Below are positions 27,625-40,641 of a stretch of DNA of 64,000 nucleotides, piece by piece. Below the pieces are notes generated by a model. It did not search any database. It was not told the origin of the DNA and was given only the letters and a program-made list of their open reading frames with translations. How positions within the stretch are numbered: the first letter of the stretch is position 1; each line of letters begins with the position of its first letter. A program made the position numbers and the translations under genes. This stretch comes from Mizuhopecten yessoensis (taxonomy: Eukaryota), in assembly GCF_002113885.1 (NCBI RefSeq), contig NW_018406714.1, positions 90,958 to 154,957 of the forward strand, given 5' to 3'.

Positions 27625-27911
27625 TGGTAGTTGTTATTCGCTGCTTAATCGAAATGGCATCAACTTGTTAACCCGTTGTCGGTATAATGTGACCGGGCGG
27701 AATGCTGTGCTGGTTGACTTCGGCATGGTATTTCAGTGAGATAGCACTATGAAGTCGGCATCAGAACCGCGCTATCACAAGGAGGCAAACATAACAACAT
27801 ACCCTGCCTCCGGCACACAAACACATGCACGCATACACAAAATACATGGCGGCACTTCTGAAATGACCTTAGTTGTTAATAGGACATTTAACTTGTTAAA
27901 ACCAAACCAAA
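27625..27911 (+). mobile_element. 5'-truncated bivalve-type SINE (CORE/MESC-like body)
   Basis: GTATAATGTGACCGGG...TTCAGTGAGATAGCACTAT body and tail GACCTTAGTTGTTAATAGGAC...AAACCAAACCAAA; related tail inverted at ~6857-6915. Confidence 0.6.
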
Positions 27912-29838
27912 TATAACGTGACACCCAACAAAGACAACCTTTCTTAACGTTACTATAAACAAAGACATGCTAACATCACGCGACACAGATTTTCTTAAAC
28001 CCTTTCACCATAGCATTTACATTTCAATTCACGTGAGACTTACCATAGAAATTCTTCATCACGTCCCACTCAACAATGGAATCTTGCACATTACGTGACA
28101 CTATCAAACACATGCTTACATTATGTATCACTTAACAAAAAATATTGTTTTTACTTAACATCGCGTGAGACTTGACAAAGTGGCACTTTACAAATCTCAG
28201 AACTGTCAGAGTCAATGCTTTGTATGCTTTACATTATTGTTAAGTACATAAGAAAGTCCGCTGTATTACCAACGCGATCATAAAGACTTTGTAAAAAGAA
28301 CATTTCTACTCTGAATTAATACATTTTTAGTTTCTAATTTAGTTTTTTAATTTAGTTCAGCGGTTACACTGCATTTGCATTTCAAACTATTGACTCCATT
28401 ATTGGTAATTAACATGAATATACACACACCTTTTGAATATATACAACCTGAGCATAACACAACAGTTTTATATAATCAAAGCAACATACGAGTCATCGAC
28501 TACATGGACCACTCTTTTGGTCAACCAGTCGGCGATGATGCAAATAGTGATCGGGTTATATATTCAAATATCACTTTAAGGTGTAATATAGTTATTATAT
28601 TTCATTCATAATTATTAACACAAAACTGTAATATTTATACACATTGTTGTAATTAATGTACTGGTATAGAAGAAATTTCACACACTCTGTATGAACTGTT
28701 GTACCAGTGAGCAATTTTCTAAATTATGAATATATAAATAATATAAAAGTAAATATGTATATAACAAAATAAATAAATTTCGTTTTCCTCCAGTTACTCA
28801 TTTTAAATTTTGACTTACCATCTCCTCCGTACTTGCGAATCTAGACCTTCATATATATAAATCAAAAGCATATAAGCAAATCAAATGAAATGATTGTTTG
28901 TGAAATTAGCAGGATTCGGTACCATAACCTTACCAAAAATGGAACATTCCGTCATTATAGGCTGTGCAAGATACATGGGATCTGTGTATTCCCGAACACT
29001 TTCTGGGGTTCGTTTTCAGATAGTATTTTTGTTTCAAAATGCTGCTTTATGGATTCACAAAATATGCGGGAAAATAATTGGAACAGGACAGGGTTTAATG
29101 TACAGGAGCAGATATGACGCCATTCCATAAGACTGTCCATACTGTCTGCATACACCTGACGTCAATATGACAAAACAGTTACAACACTTATCAGTCTAGT
29201 GAATTTTACTTGCCTTCCAGAAAAAAATATATCTTAAACGTTTGTATTGTTTATGTAATTAAGCTGTGAGATACAAGCACTGCCGGTATTTCAACAATCG
29301 TAAAGCACACAACCGAGTATATTCTCACCTGTCCTGCTCAATATCTACATAATGTACAGCGTACCGGTACCATCTAGCCGCAGGACCTCTCCATCCATTA
29401 CCACATAAGATCTCTGTCATTGATAGTGAGACAAAGTTGTATTTCTTATAAACCTTCAAACAAATTCGTTCACAGGAAAATTATCACATTGTTTGGCAAT
29501 GTATATTGCACTCATTTTCATGCATAAATCTTTTCAGATCAGCTCTTACATTTTCATCCAGCAATATTACGTTTTCGTGCGTTATCAATCACTCGGATGT
29601 GGTCTTTAAAGAAGGCAAAGAAATATTAATAAATTCAGATCTTTTGAGCTCAATCGACACTGATAAGGATAAAATTTACACCCCATTTACTCACTCAAAC
29701 CCGGCTGAGTTACTCGTGTTTCTTACTGTGTAGCATAACTCTCCAGAATGTGTGTCATAATGTTTATTAGTACTTTCATGTTCACCAATGGCCTCTGCAC
29801 ATAAGATTGAGTTGATAGCCACGTGTCCTCGGTGGCAC

Positions 29839-30990
29839 CTAAACGTACGTTTCCCTGGAGTCTTTGTTGTTATTTCCACTACAACTGTTGCTGTCTTTCC
29901 GCGCAACCGATACGGCGGCACCACTATGACCGTTCTGCAACAGCCGTTCTGAAACCTTCCGCTGAATTGTACATTTCTTGCAAAATATTTTCATAAACGT
30001 CGTTCGGAAAACTTTACTCATGCTACAGTATAGCACAAAGTTTAAAGCCGAATTGATTGCCAGAAGAGAATCCGTGATTTCGCGTATACCACGAACTAAG
30101 CTGGTTTCGTCTACATATCCAAATCCAAAAAACAACGACATCACAGCATCTGGCATGATACACACTACGAAGCAAAGTATAATGACGATCAGCATTAAAG
30201 TTATTCTGTTTCGCGAAGAGAGTTTTTTGCCCGGGACACGTTGCTTCCTTAGTTCGTTAATAATCCTTGCGTTGAGGATGATGAGGACAATGAGTGGTAT
30301 GATGGAACGCAGTGAATTCTGGACCCAAGTGTAGGGAGTCATGAACCGGTCGTTCTGACCGAGCATGCTCTGTTGAATTTTATAGCAGGACACGTTTAAA
30401 CGGTCATCGTGCTGTAGCATAGGTTTGTATCTGAGCGCAGAGGGCACGGACAGAGTGATCATAGACACAAACACGACCGTACTGACGATACGCGCTCGCG
30501 CAATTGTGCACATCTCCTTGGCCTTCGTGATGTGGCAGACGGCGATGTAACGGTCTACGGCTACCGAAACGGTTAACCAGGCAGTTACACATACTGACAT
30601 ATTGAATATATAATGGGCATATGGATAGAAGTTAAATATGATCTTATTGTCGTCGTCAAGGTTCTCCAATTTTAAAACAAGAAGAATGAAATACATGAGA
30701 TCGTTGAGAAGTTTGATGGTGTCGGAAACAGCAAGACTGGACAGATACACATTGGTGGCTGTTCCCATATCCTTGTGGCCAAGCACAATCAAGGTAAGGG
30801 TGTTACCGATTATCCCAACCACACAGACAATAGGATATATAATGAGCCCAGTTACGAACTGTGCCCACTTGTAGAAGACTGCGTACTCATTTGGGGCCTC
30901 TGAACAGATGTAGTCCAAGGCAGTCGCGTTTGTGAAAGTGTCCGATAATGGTGTTGTGTTACCAAAAACTACCGTGTTCAAAGTCGCCAT
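29839..30990 (-). CDS. Class A neuropeptide GPCR, FMRFamide/myosuppressin/sex-peptide receptor-like, 383 aa, intronless CDS
   Basis: Seven hydrophobic segments; GN in TM1, LAVSD in TM2, DRY, CIMP in TM6, NSALNFVLY (NFxxY) in TM7; N-terminal NTT/NAT sequons. Splice acceptor TTTTTTCAG at 31051-31052, 60 nt upstream of the ATG, implies an upstream non-coding exon. Confidence 0.95.
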   Translation of the reverse strand: MATLNTVVFGNTTPLSDTFTNATALDYICSEAPNEYAVFYKWAQFVTGLIIYPIVCVVGIIGNTLTLIVLGHKDMGTATNVYLSSLAVSDTIKLLNDLMYFILLVLKLENLDDDNKIIFNFYPYAHYIFNMSVCVTAWLTVSVAVDRYIAVCHITKAKEMCTIARARIVSTVVFVSMITLSVPSALRYKPMLQHDDRLNVSCYKIQQSMLGQNDRFMTPYTWVQNSLRSIIPLIVLIILNARIINELRKQRVPGKKLSSRNRITLMLIVIILCFVVCIMPDAVMSLFFGFGYVDETSLVRGIREITDSLLAINSALNFVLYCSMSKVFRTTFMKIFCKKCTIQRKVSERLLQNGHSGAAVSVARKDSNSCSGNNNKDSRETYV

Positions 30991-31142
30991 CTTAGCGCTG
31001 CTGGAGAGGTCAGCAGTTGCGGGATTCCACCTTGCAATGTCTACAAAGTTGCTTGTTCAGGAGGACACATCTGAAAAAAAACCACCAATAATATAACAAT
31101 CTTAAGTAAAAAAACACTAAGAAGTCTCTGTAAACACACGTC

Positions 31143-31145
<3 letters not shown>

Positions 31146-31189
<44 letters not shown>
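31146..31189. repeat. (GA)n microsatellite
   Basis: About 22 uninterrupted GA units near the 3' end of the GPCR 5'-UTR intron. Confidence 0.98.
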
Positions 31190-31195
<6 letters not shown>

Positions 31196-33249
31196 AAAAT
31201 CTTATAAAAAAAGAACAAATCAGTGGGTATATCAGTATACCATTTAAGTTTATTTTATAACTTCTTTTGGTCTAACGTTCCAGTAGATACTGGTTGGAAT
31301 ACTCCTTACAATGACCACATCCACCTGATTAAGACGTTAATAAATTATATATGAAAAGGTCATGATTTAAGGAACTTGACTTATGTAGTAGACGACGATA
31401 AAAAACATTAGTTTTCATTCATTGGTCCAAATTCAGCAAAAAGCCTCTCACTTTGATCACCCTTTTTATTTTCTTATGTTTTGTTTTTAAGTGTTAAGGG
31501 GTTAAAATGCTTAATATCACCATGTCGACAATTCCATGTGCTTGCTTCTTTTTGCATAAATGAGGATCTTTTAAGATTAAGCCTACTTAGTAGAATGTGG
31601 TAATAATCATAGTCTCTAAGATTATAATTTGATTTTTTAATTTCGAATTACGGTCGTTCGATGAGTTCGCTAGTGCAAAATCATCGGCAAAACATCTAAC
31701 AATGGATTGTAAGGTTTTCTCCTTAACAAGAAAATCCACTTTGCCAAAAACGACCAAGGGCTTTCATGAAATCACAGAAAACAATAGCAATAGCGTCTCT
31801 GTTGTCCATGGCAAGTACACTCTCTTTGAGAGATTGCCATTTATAAAATGATTATTTATGTGTTTGCATACAATACTTTCAAATAACTTTCCAATACAAC
31901 TTCGTTAAGAGATAAACTGTAATTAGCCAGCGAATCTTGTTGTAGCATAGGCATTTTTCCCAAAAATCTGGAAATGTTGATTTACTTATTCATTCAATAG
32001 AACAGATAATGGAGTAGCAATTTCATTAGCGATTTACTTCAACATTCGATGACTAATTGCATCAGGAACATCAAGTACACCTTGCGACGAAAATAAAACA
32101 TTTTAACATCGTTTTTGTGTTCGAAGGCGGGTAATGGGAAGTGGGAGTCGTTTAAATTAGAAATCGAAAGGATAACAAAATCGTTGTTCGAAACCCGTAA
32201 TACTACTATTAGCAAGTAGACGTGTTTTCTTAATATAACATCCGCGTTCATTTCCATTACATATTTTAATTGCTTGGGTTTGATTCATGGTGCTTCTTAT
32301 ATTTACGTGCATACTATTTAGCCTACTTTCTGTTTCAGACTTCAGATTGCTATTCTGTATACATTTAAGATATCATTATTAATATTATTACGAGCGAAAC
32401 GAAACATAATATAAACAATATATATATTGTCTTTTTCTACTACATTGTACAACAATTAAAAAACGAAATTAATAGGCAGACAGGCTTATGTCTTCATTTG
32501 TTAGTTAATCTACATGTATATTGCCATCAAGTTACCAGAGAACCATATTCAAGCACGATGGAATAAATTGTTAGTCATTGTTAAAACGTTTGTCGACTTT
32601 GATCATTTTCAGAATGTTTTCGCCTTAACACGGCAGAGGCATTTACAGTAATATAGAACGTCTATGTTAAGAATGGGAGTTTTCCATGTTGTCATTACAA
32701 ATTTAGTAGAGTTCCCACAATTGGGTCCCGTGACCATTTGTCCCGGACCAAGGTTTGAAAGTTGATGTTATTCAATTTAAGGGTGCTGATTAAAATTAGC
32801 ATCGTGAAAATGACGCGAAAATTCAAAATGGCCGTCACCCGGCGTCTGGTATATAACAAATACACATGTTTGATATACGTCTTATATGATATTTGGGTCT
32901 AAATATATAAGTTTAGGGTCAGGCATTTTATTTATTAATATAATAACTTGATAAGTGTAAGCGTTGAACGGAAAAATGAAAATTATTATATTATATTATA
33001 TAAGACATCAATAATGTTTTGGATGCCAAGATTTCATCTTTAACCATAGTGAATTAGATAAAACAACCATTGTATTAAATGCCTGGTCAATTATTTTGTT
33101 TATTTCAAGTTTAACGACCCGCTAAAATATATCAGTGATACATTATGAATTATCATAATAAATGTCTTTGGATATTGTTTATAAAGTTCAAATATGTCAT
33201 TTGAACTTTATAAAATTTTTAGTATAGATAAATGTGGTGTAGCAAAAAT

Positions 33250-34620
33250 CGTTTTTAAGAATGTTAAAATGTTAATATCAACTCTGTAGTTCTATAGAAT
33301 ATAGAGAAGAAGAGTTTTAAGTGCAATTGTTTTGAACATTTTGAAATTTGGCGGGAAAATGAACATTTTTCAAAGTGGCATATCTTCGTCATGCCTTCAT
33401 TAGATAGTGCTCTTTAAGATGTAATAAAAATGAACTATTTTTGAGATTTTCATTTTTGACCTATATTGGCCCCCATAACGAGGACTTGAACTTGACATAT
33501 TCTCTGATAACATGTCATGGGAAAAATTAGTCTAGAAAAAGATCTAAAAGAACCATCATACGTTTATGCAGTACAACCAACGCGTTTGAAGTTATAGTCA
33601 TTCGAAAAGGTCCAAAAATATGTTTTTAGGTCTGTGACCCTGACCTTTGATATGACGATCATGGTTTTGTTTGGGTGTCATGGGATTGTTGTGCTTAATC
33701 ATATGCTGAAATATGAACGTTGCATCTTTGTGCTTTTTAGAGATAAGGTTTTAACAAGATTTCTGGAAATAAGAATAATAATAAGAAGAAGACGAAACAA
33801 AAACAATAGGGATTTCCATCCAAAATGGAAATCCCTAACTAGAATTGATCAAGATTAAAACACGGGATTTCCAGCAAGAAAATGATCTACGATATCTTCT
33901 CGGACTGACGTCGCTTTTATTCGTTTCCCTTCTTTGACCAACCTTGTACCTTATTTATACTACAGGGTGAAGTTGTTTCTGAGAGGTCAGCATTGACAGA
34001 AAGCTGTTTAGTGTTTCTGTATTATGTTTCTGACTATCATGCCTAGTAAATTTGGAATATTAACCTTGTTTGTGGATAAGGTCAGATCTGTGATTCAATA
34101 GGACCACAGTAAGGAGACGGTCTCTACAGAGTTTAAATTAGCTGTAAGAGCTATTGCTCGTTGAACAGTTTCTAGAAAAAATACATTTGCTATTCTCTGA
34201 ACGTTTATGTCATTTAAAGCGATATTTTGTAGAGTTCACGTGTTTATTGATGTGCATAATGATGCAGTGACCTTGGAACTTTATAAATCTCTTAATTAGG
34301 ATACATTCTTAAAAATGTGCTGTAAAAAAAACGTTTTGAAAATATTTTGAAATGTTCATACTTTGATCATTTGATCCCTGTGACCTTGAATGAGGGGGCA
34401 AGGTCAACGATTTGACTTATTTTGGTAGTCAAGGATACATGCTATGTTTGTGCTGAATATCACTTCTGTACGTTTTTTTAGAGAACGGAGAAGAAGAGTT
34501 TAAAGTGGAATTTTTGTGATTTTTTTTAAATTTTGGCGGGAATATGAACATTTTTCAAATTGGCATATCTTCGTCATTTTTGATGCTACGACCATGAAAC
34601 TTTTCACATACCTTCATTAC
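33250..34620 (-). mobile_element. HINE-type satellite-bearing element fragments
   Basis: TGACCTTG-rich units; block AGAAGAAGAGTTT..GTG...TTTGGCGGGAA.ATGAACATTTTT near 33300 and 34490; (AAT)(AAG) microsatellite plus hairpin AGGGATTTCCAT...ATGGAAATCCCT at 33770-33840. Confidence 0.6.
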
Positions 34621-34854
34621 ATCCTGTTATTGAGGATTTAATGATAATATCCTGAGCATATCTTCTATTCTATTTCTCCTGGAGTAACCAGGTTTGGTGT
34701 ACAATGACATCTTGGGATGGTAGAGTGCGAGAAGTATGTATCCGAATACTTTCCTAACAGTAGGCACATCCTGACATAAGTGTACTATTTGTGAAATATA
34801 GCAATCATTAACGGTGGGGGACTATGGATTGCCTTGCAATACTTTGCCTTGTTC

Positions 34855-36050
34855 ATATAAACAATATAGCTGATGAACTAGAATCAACAGCACATTTATC
34901 TGCTGGGAATACTTCCATCACAAAATCCTTCCCTTCGTGTCGAGAAATAGAATTGTTTTTAAATAGAGATGTAGAAAAAATCAATAAGTGAGCCAAAACC
35001 TGGCTAGTTCCTTTCAATACAAACAAAACTGTGGTTGTTTTATATGAAATTAAAATAATTTTGACGAAGAACTTGAATTGATAATTGACAGAAATTGGTT
35101 TAGTTTCAGTAGTTTGCATAGACATATTGGAGTCGTTTTTAATTCAATGCAAAATGGTCTGATCACATTGATGACATTTATCAATCAGTAATGAAATAAA
35201 ATTATGTCAGAAGAAAAATAAATAATAAGTTAAAATCTAGATGCTCTATTAAGTATTTACAAATCATTTGTAATACCTTTTCTCGAAAATGCGTTTGAGA
35301 TTTGGGATGGATGCCCTCAAGTAGACTCGGAAAATTGTGAGCAGGCTGGGCGTGAAGCAGCAAGAATAATTACTAGATTACCATCATGCCAAAAATTAAT
35401 CTTTATATATGTAATCAGAATTATAATTACTTTTAGATAGAAGAGCTAGACGAAAACTTCTATATCATATCAAATGAACACTCAAATTACTCCAAGCTAT
35501 CTATCAAACTATTACTCCCTACAGTAGGTGAAAACAATCCAGGTGCTTTTAGGACAACTATAGAATTCCGAATTATAGACTTTCTACTACAACAAAATAT
35601 TTCTTACCTTCTACATTAAGTAACTGGAACACTAAACATAATAATATTAAATCTCTGCCTCTCCCATTTATAAATTTAAAGCTCTATCCCAACATATTCC
35701 CACAAATTAGCCCTGCTACTAAAGGTATGGTAAAAGAAATTTAAATAGCATACAAACTAGACTGAGATATCAATGCAGCACTCTTAAATATAGTCTTTTT
35801 CGTGCTAAGTTAGTTCTGAGTTCTAATTGTGTAAAGAGTGGGCACTATTGCAAATATGCTTATCATTTCATTCTGAGTGCCAAACTTATTAAAATGCTCC
35901 TGCAGTAATGCTTCAAATTTTGTATAACTTAAATATGCAATTAGCTTAAATTTGTTACTTTTCGGCGATGAACAGCTGGCTTTGGATACACAATGTGATG
36001 TATTTGTTCATGTGCAATCTTTCATAAAACCCAGCGGAAGATTTTGAACA
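34855..36050 (+). mobile_element. Heavily decayed CR1-group LINE, RT 3' half and C-terminus
   Basis: Fragments AKTWLVPFNTNKT, AKWSDHIDDI, EIWDGC, EAARIITRLP, QTRLRYQCSTL, LLFGDEQL in the expected order with many stops and frameshifts. Confidence 0.75.
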
Positions 36051-39000
36051 TAAACTAGAAAATATCTATCGATAACAATTTATATGAGATTTACTTCTTT
36101 CAATTGTTATATTTGAAACTAATTGCCCATGTCATCTTCTGTAAATAAGAAATATTTTGTTGATATGAGATGGCTTCAGAATTTGCTGTAACTTGTGCTA
36201 AAACATTTGTACCTATTTCGACAATAACATTTTTCAAGTCAAATTAAAGTCAGGTGTTCTTAGCGTTTGAACTGAGTGTGAAAATAAATGGAATAAGCAT
36301 GTTCATGTTAAAGACGTTTTGAAAATTTGGCCGCTGCGAAGGATTCAGTGAGCAGACGTCTGGGTAAATGCTGATTTTTTTTCAAAATGCTGCACCCGGA
36401 ACAGTTGGAAATTTGAAGATATTTTATTATTTTTCATCAATATTTTATATATTATGCTTACCAAGCTAGCCGACACATAATATATACTATATATAATATT
36501 TTCCTTATCTGAAACGACAATCAAATGAACTAGAACAGTGATAAATAGGCTTGACTCGTTTGTATATTCTGGTAGCTTGATTGTGTCTGTTTCTTCATGA
36601 CAGGCATGGGCAAACCCATGTTATAACGTTGGAAATTGATTTGTTTCAATTTTACGATACGGGACAAAATCAATTGGGTCAATGGCTGAACCCTTAGACC
36701 AGTGTGGTAGCATATTATGTGTTACACTTTAAGGCCAGTAGTTGTATTGTTGAATATGTTGGGTATCTTTACTGTTTCCATATTATGACAAAAGGATGGA
36801 ATCCAAAGCAGTCAACAGGACCACAGGGCAATCTTACTTTCAAAAATGTATCTGTCATATCATGTCCAGTAAGTACAGATATGATCATAAGATTGAGATA
36901 TCAATTATTTCCAAGCACTCCGAAATTAGAGAATACCCTTTGTAAGTCCCAATAGGCAGGGCAGTAACCTACAGTTTGGAGCAAACTCAACTTGGTATAT
37001 AGTGCACTTTGAAGTGCACATGTAGTGAACATGGTGGTGCGTTAGACAAAATAGTGAAGTGCATTTACGTGCACTGCAGCGTTAACTCCTGGTGTTTACT
37101 CTAGTTTTAAAGACCGAAGTACGAATTTTAATTATCTATATTTATGATTGGGTTATTTCATTATATATCAATTAAATGAGTAAAATTCATTAAACTGAGT
37201 GTTAAAAAATATCAATTTAAACTGAAATTTGTTGATAACGATTTAACGGGCTTTTAACTGTTTGGACTGTTTTGATTTTAAACCCTGTTCTTACAGCATG
37301 ATCTTTACCCTCCGCGAAGAAAAGGATAATATAAACCTTAGTACTAAAAGTAAACTTTGTCTTCCGTTTGATATAAATCAAAGAACAAAAAATGCTGATA
37401 CTATTCCAAAATTGTGAAAATATGAAAATTAATTTTGGCAGTCATATCCAATTCATGTGAAAGTCATTAATTAATACCACGTTAAAACCCTTCATCCAAG
37501 AATGCTCCTTGCCAAATACCATGTACCCAGGCCTCTTCCTTATTTGGGAGAAGTTATTTAAATATTTTGACATATTTGATCATTGCGACCTTGAAAATTG
37601 ATCAAGGTCAATCATATTTTCAAACCAAATAGTCATTCACCTTAGCAGATTGAATTTTAAAAATGAAGACCCTATACATGTATATCATAGAACCGGAGGA
37701 GAAGTTTATCAAAGATGTAACCATGAGTTAGCACACTTAAACAATGACCCCTACAAAAAGCTGCAAGTTGACCCTTTACACAAAAATGTTTCATGAGAAA
37801 AATCATGCAGATTCACTCGTTCCACATCATATCAGAATATTATGTAAAGGACTTGATCCGTTTTTGACATATTTGGTTTAGAAATGTATTTTTTTTAACA
37901 TTTGACCTCTTTGGCCTTAAAACTTGATCAAGGTCAATTATTTTTTCAACTTGATAGTCAATCACCTGAGCATCAAATATCAAGTCTCTTAATCTTTTAG
38001 AATTGTTTTTTTTTAAATTTGTTAACCTGAAATAGCAGATACAATTTTATCTTTAAACAACTCAAAAGTTGACCTGGTTAACTAGAAACGTTTCCTGCGA
38101 AAAATATCCTCATAGGATATATTCACACTATACCTGAATTAAAGGGAATCTATCGAAGAATTTTCGAAATATTCTCGATTTTACAAAATAAAAAAAGATT
38201 CTTTCAACATTCGACCTTTGTGACATTGGTAGTTGATCTAGATTAACCATTTTTTCAAACCTGATAGTTAAATATCTAATCCTTTTACATACTGTATTAA
38301 ATGTCAAGACTCTAGACCTCGTAGAACTTTTTCTTATGTTTTTTTTAAAGTTTGTTACCAAAAACATTGTATTTGAACTTTGACCCCTACCGAAAATCGA
38401 ACATATTTCTAGAGAAATAAATGTGTATTGTTGTTCTACAAAGCATATACTTAATAGCTTAAGCCATTAATGAGTAATTGCGATAAAAGCAAAACGGATA
38501 TGACGTTATGGCGGCCAATTTGGTTGTTTAACCCCTTCGCTGCCACAGTGAAAACCCTGATTTTCTGACAGGCCAAGATTTCAGCGTGCCTTTCAAATGA
38601 CCTATTATGACGTCGTTGTACTATGACGTCAACAAGTTATGCGTAGACCCAAGTACGTTTACTCAGGAAACATCATGGAAAAATACATTGAATAACTTCA
38701 TATTCAAAAGATCATATAATACTATCACGATCACCTAGAACCACATGCTATACCTCTATGGAAAGCTTAAATATAGAATAGGATTAATATACAATTGAAG
38801 TCCATGTTTTGAGGATAATATAATTGTAAGTATATAAAATACATATCCCATGTCATATTATTTTGAAAGGGAAAATTTAGTCAAGTAAAATCTTTTGAAC
38901 CTTGTCACAAAACTCTTTATTATAATATAGTTTGATACTCCCTTTGAACAATTCATGTTGAGAAATTAACAAGAGACAATGTTTTCTTGGCGATTTTATT

Positions 39001-40114
39001 CAGTAATGGAAAAATCCTTAACTTTACAGCCGTACGTTTTAGCGGCAGCTGTCGGTGAATTTCTAGCTGACATAAATGTCTTTCCAGCAAAAGAGAGAAG
39101 GTAACTTCTCGTTTTTTCGCCTATTGTCTCTGAATACAAGTATATGCATTTATTTTGAATCAAAATCATCTTCCAACAGCATCTAAAACATCGTTATAAA
39201 TGAGTGATTTATTTTACGTTTAAACGCGGCACCCTCTCAGTGCGTGCTTGCTCTAATTGAACCTGTTCGTTTTTATTCAAATCCAAATGTGAACAGAAAT
39301 ATCTGATTAGAAGTATACATTATGATATTTATAATTCTTACTTTTGATGGATTGTGCAAACAGACTCATAACAGTTGTGTTGTCGGTCGACAGCGTAGTG
39401 CTGTACATGTTTACTTCTCACTGGAAGGCCATGATATTGTGCTATTTCGGTCGCAGCTATTTTTATCACCGGCTTTCCCAAAAGATGATATGACCACACT
39501 GGACGATGGCTTCATTATCGACTACGTAAACTTTCTGTAGAAACACACGCATCCTTCCATATCCGAAACTGTTATCGATATCTTTCCTTAACCTCACACT
39601 ACACCGTTAAAATGTATTATCACTCCCGGGGCTAACTGAACTACTCATCTCGAAGCAAGCTTAACCAACTTTCCCAACTAGGTTTCCCCAAAAATATTTT
39701 TCGATAGAACCGACATTGTTCTAGGTTTCCACGTAAATATTATTTATAATGGCATTAACAATATATACTGGTCGGTCACGACAACTAGTTGGGTCCCTGT
39801 ATATACATACTGTTTTCTTATCATTATCAATAGAAACAAGCTCCTTTGTTTACCCATCCCGTTTCCATCCCTCCACGGGTATGTACAATCCCATCCGTGG
39901 TACATTTGTGGTTGCTGAATAGTGATTGAGAAAATAGAATAGGATATGAAGAAACATTCAATAACTCAAACATAAATATATTTCAACGACAAACTGTCTT
40001 TGCATACCATTACGTTAACGATATATTTGGAAGCGTACAATAACTGGTCCGGACCCAGTATTCATCCCTCCATCTGTTTATCTCCACCCCTCTACGTGTC
40101 CATCTATGGGACAT

Positions 40115-40600
40115 CCCCAACGTGTATATGTCCATCCCGCCCCGTGTCCATCTCCATCCCGCCCGTATCTATGTCCATTCCGCCCGTATCTATGTCCATT
40201 CCGCCCGTATCTATGTCCATTCTGCCGCGTTTCCATCTCCTTCTCCAACGTATATATGTCCGTCCTGCCCCGTGTCCATCTCAATCCCGCCCGTATCTAT
40301 GTCCATCCCGCCCGTATCTATGTCCATTCCGCCCGTATCTATGTCCATTCTGCCTCGTTTCCATCTCCTTCTCCAACGTATATATGTCCGTCCTGCCCCG
40401 TGTCCATCTCAATCCCGCCCGTATCTATGTTCATCTCGCCCGTATCTATGTCCATTCCGCCCGTATCTATGACCACCTGCCTCGTGCCAATCTCCATCCC
40501 GCACGTGTATATGTCCATCCCGCCCCGTGTCCATCTCCCATATATATGTCCATCCTGCCCCGTGTCCATCTCACTCCCGCCCGCGTCTATGTCCATCACG
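40115..40600. repeat. 21-bp minisatellite with a 128-bp higher-order unit
   Basis: Unit CCGCCCGTATCTATGTCCATT; larger block repeats at 40229 and 40357. Confidence 0.95.
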
Positions 40601-40641
40601 CCAATATTCAATTACTTTTCTCTGTATTTCAACAGATCAAT

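Noticed and set aside
29978-30874. Plus-strand ORFs overlapping the GPCR
   Set aside because: Antisense shadows of the GPCR reading frame.
38528-38560. piggyBac-like end TTAACCCCTTCGCTGCC
   Set aside because: No matching opposite terminus found in the window.
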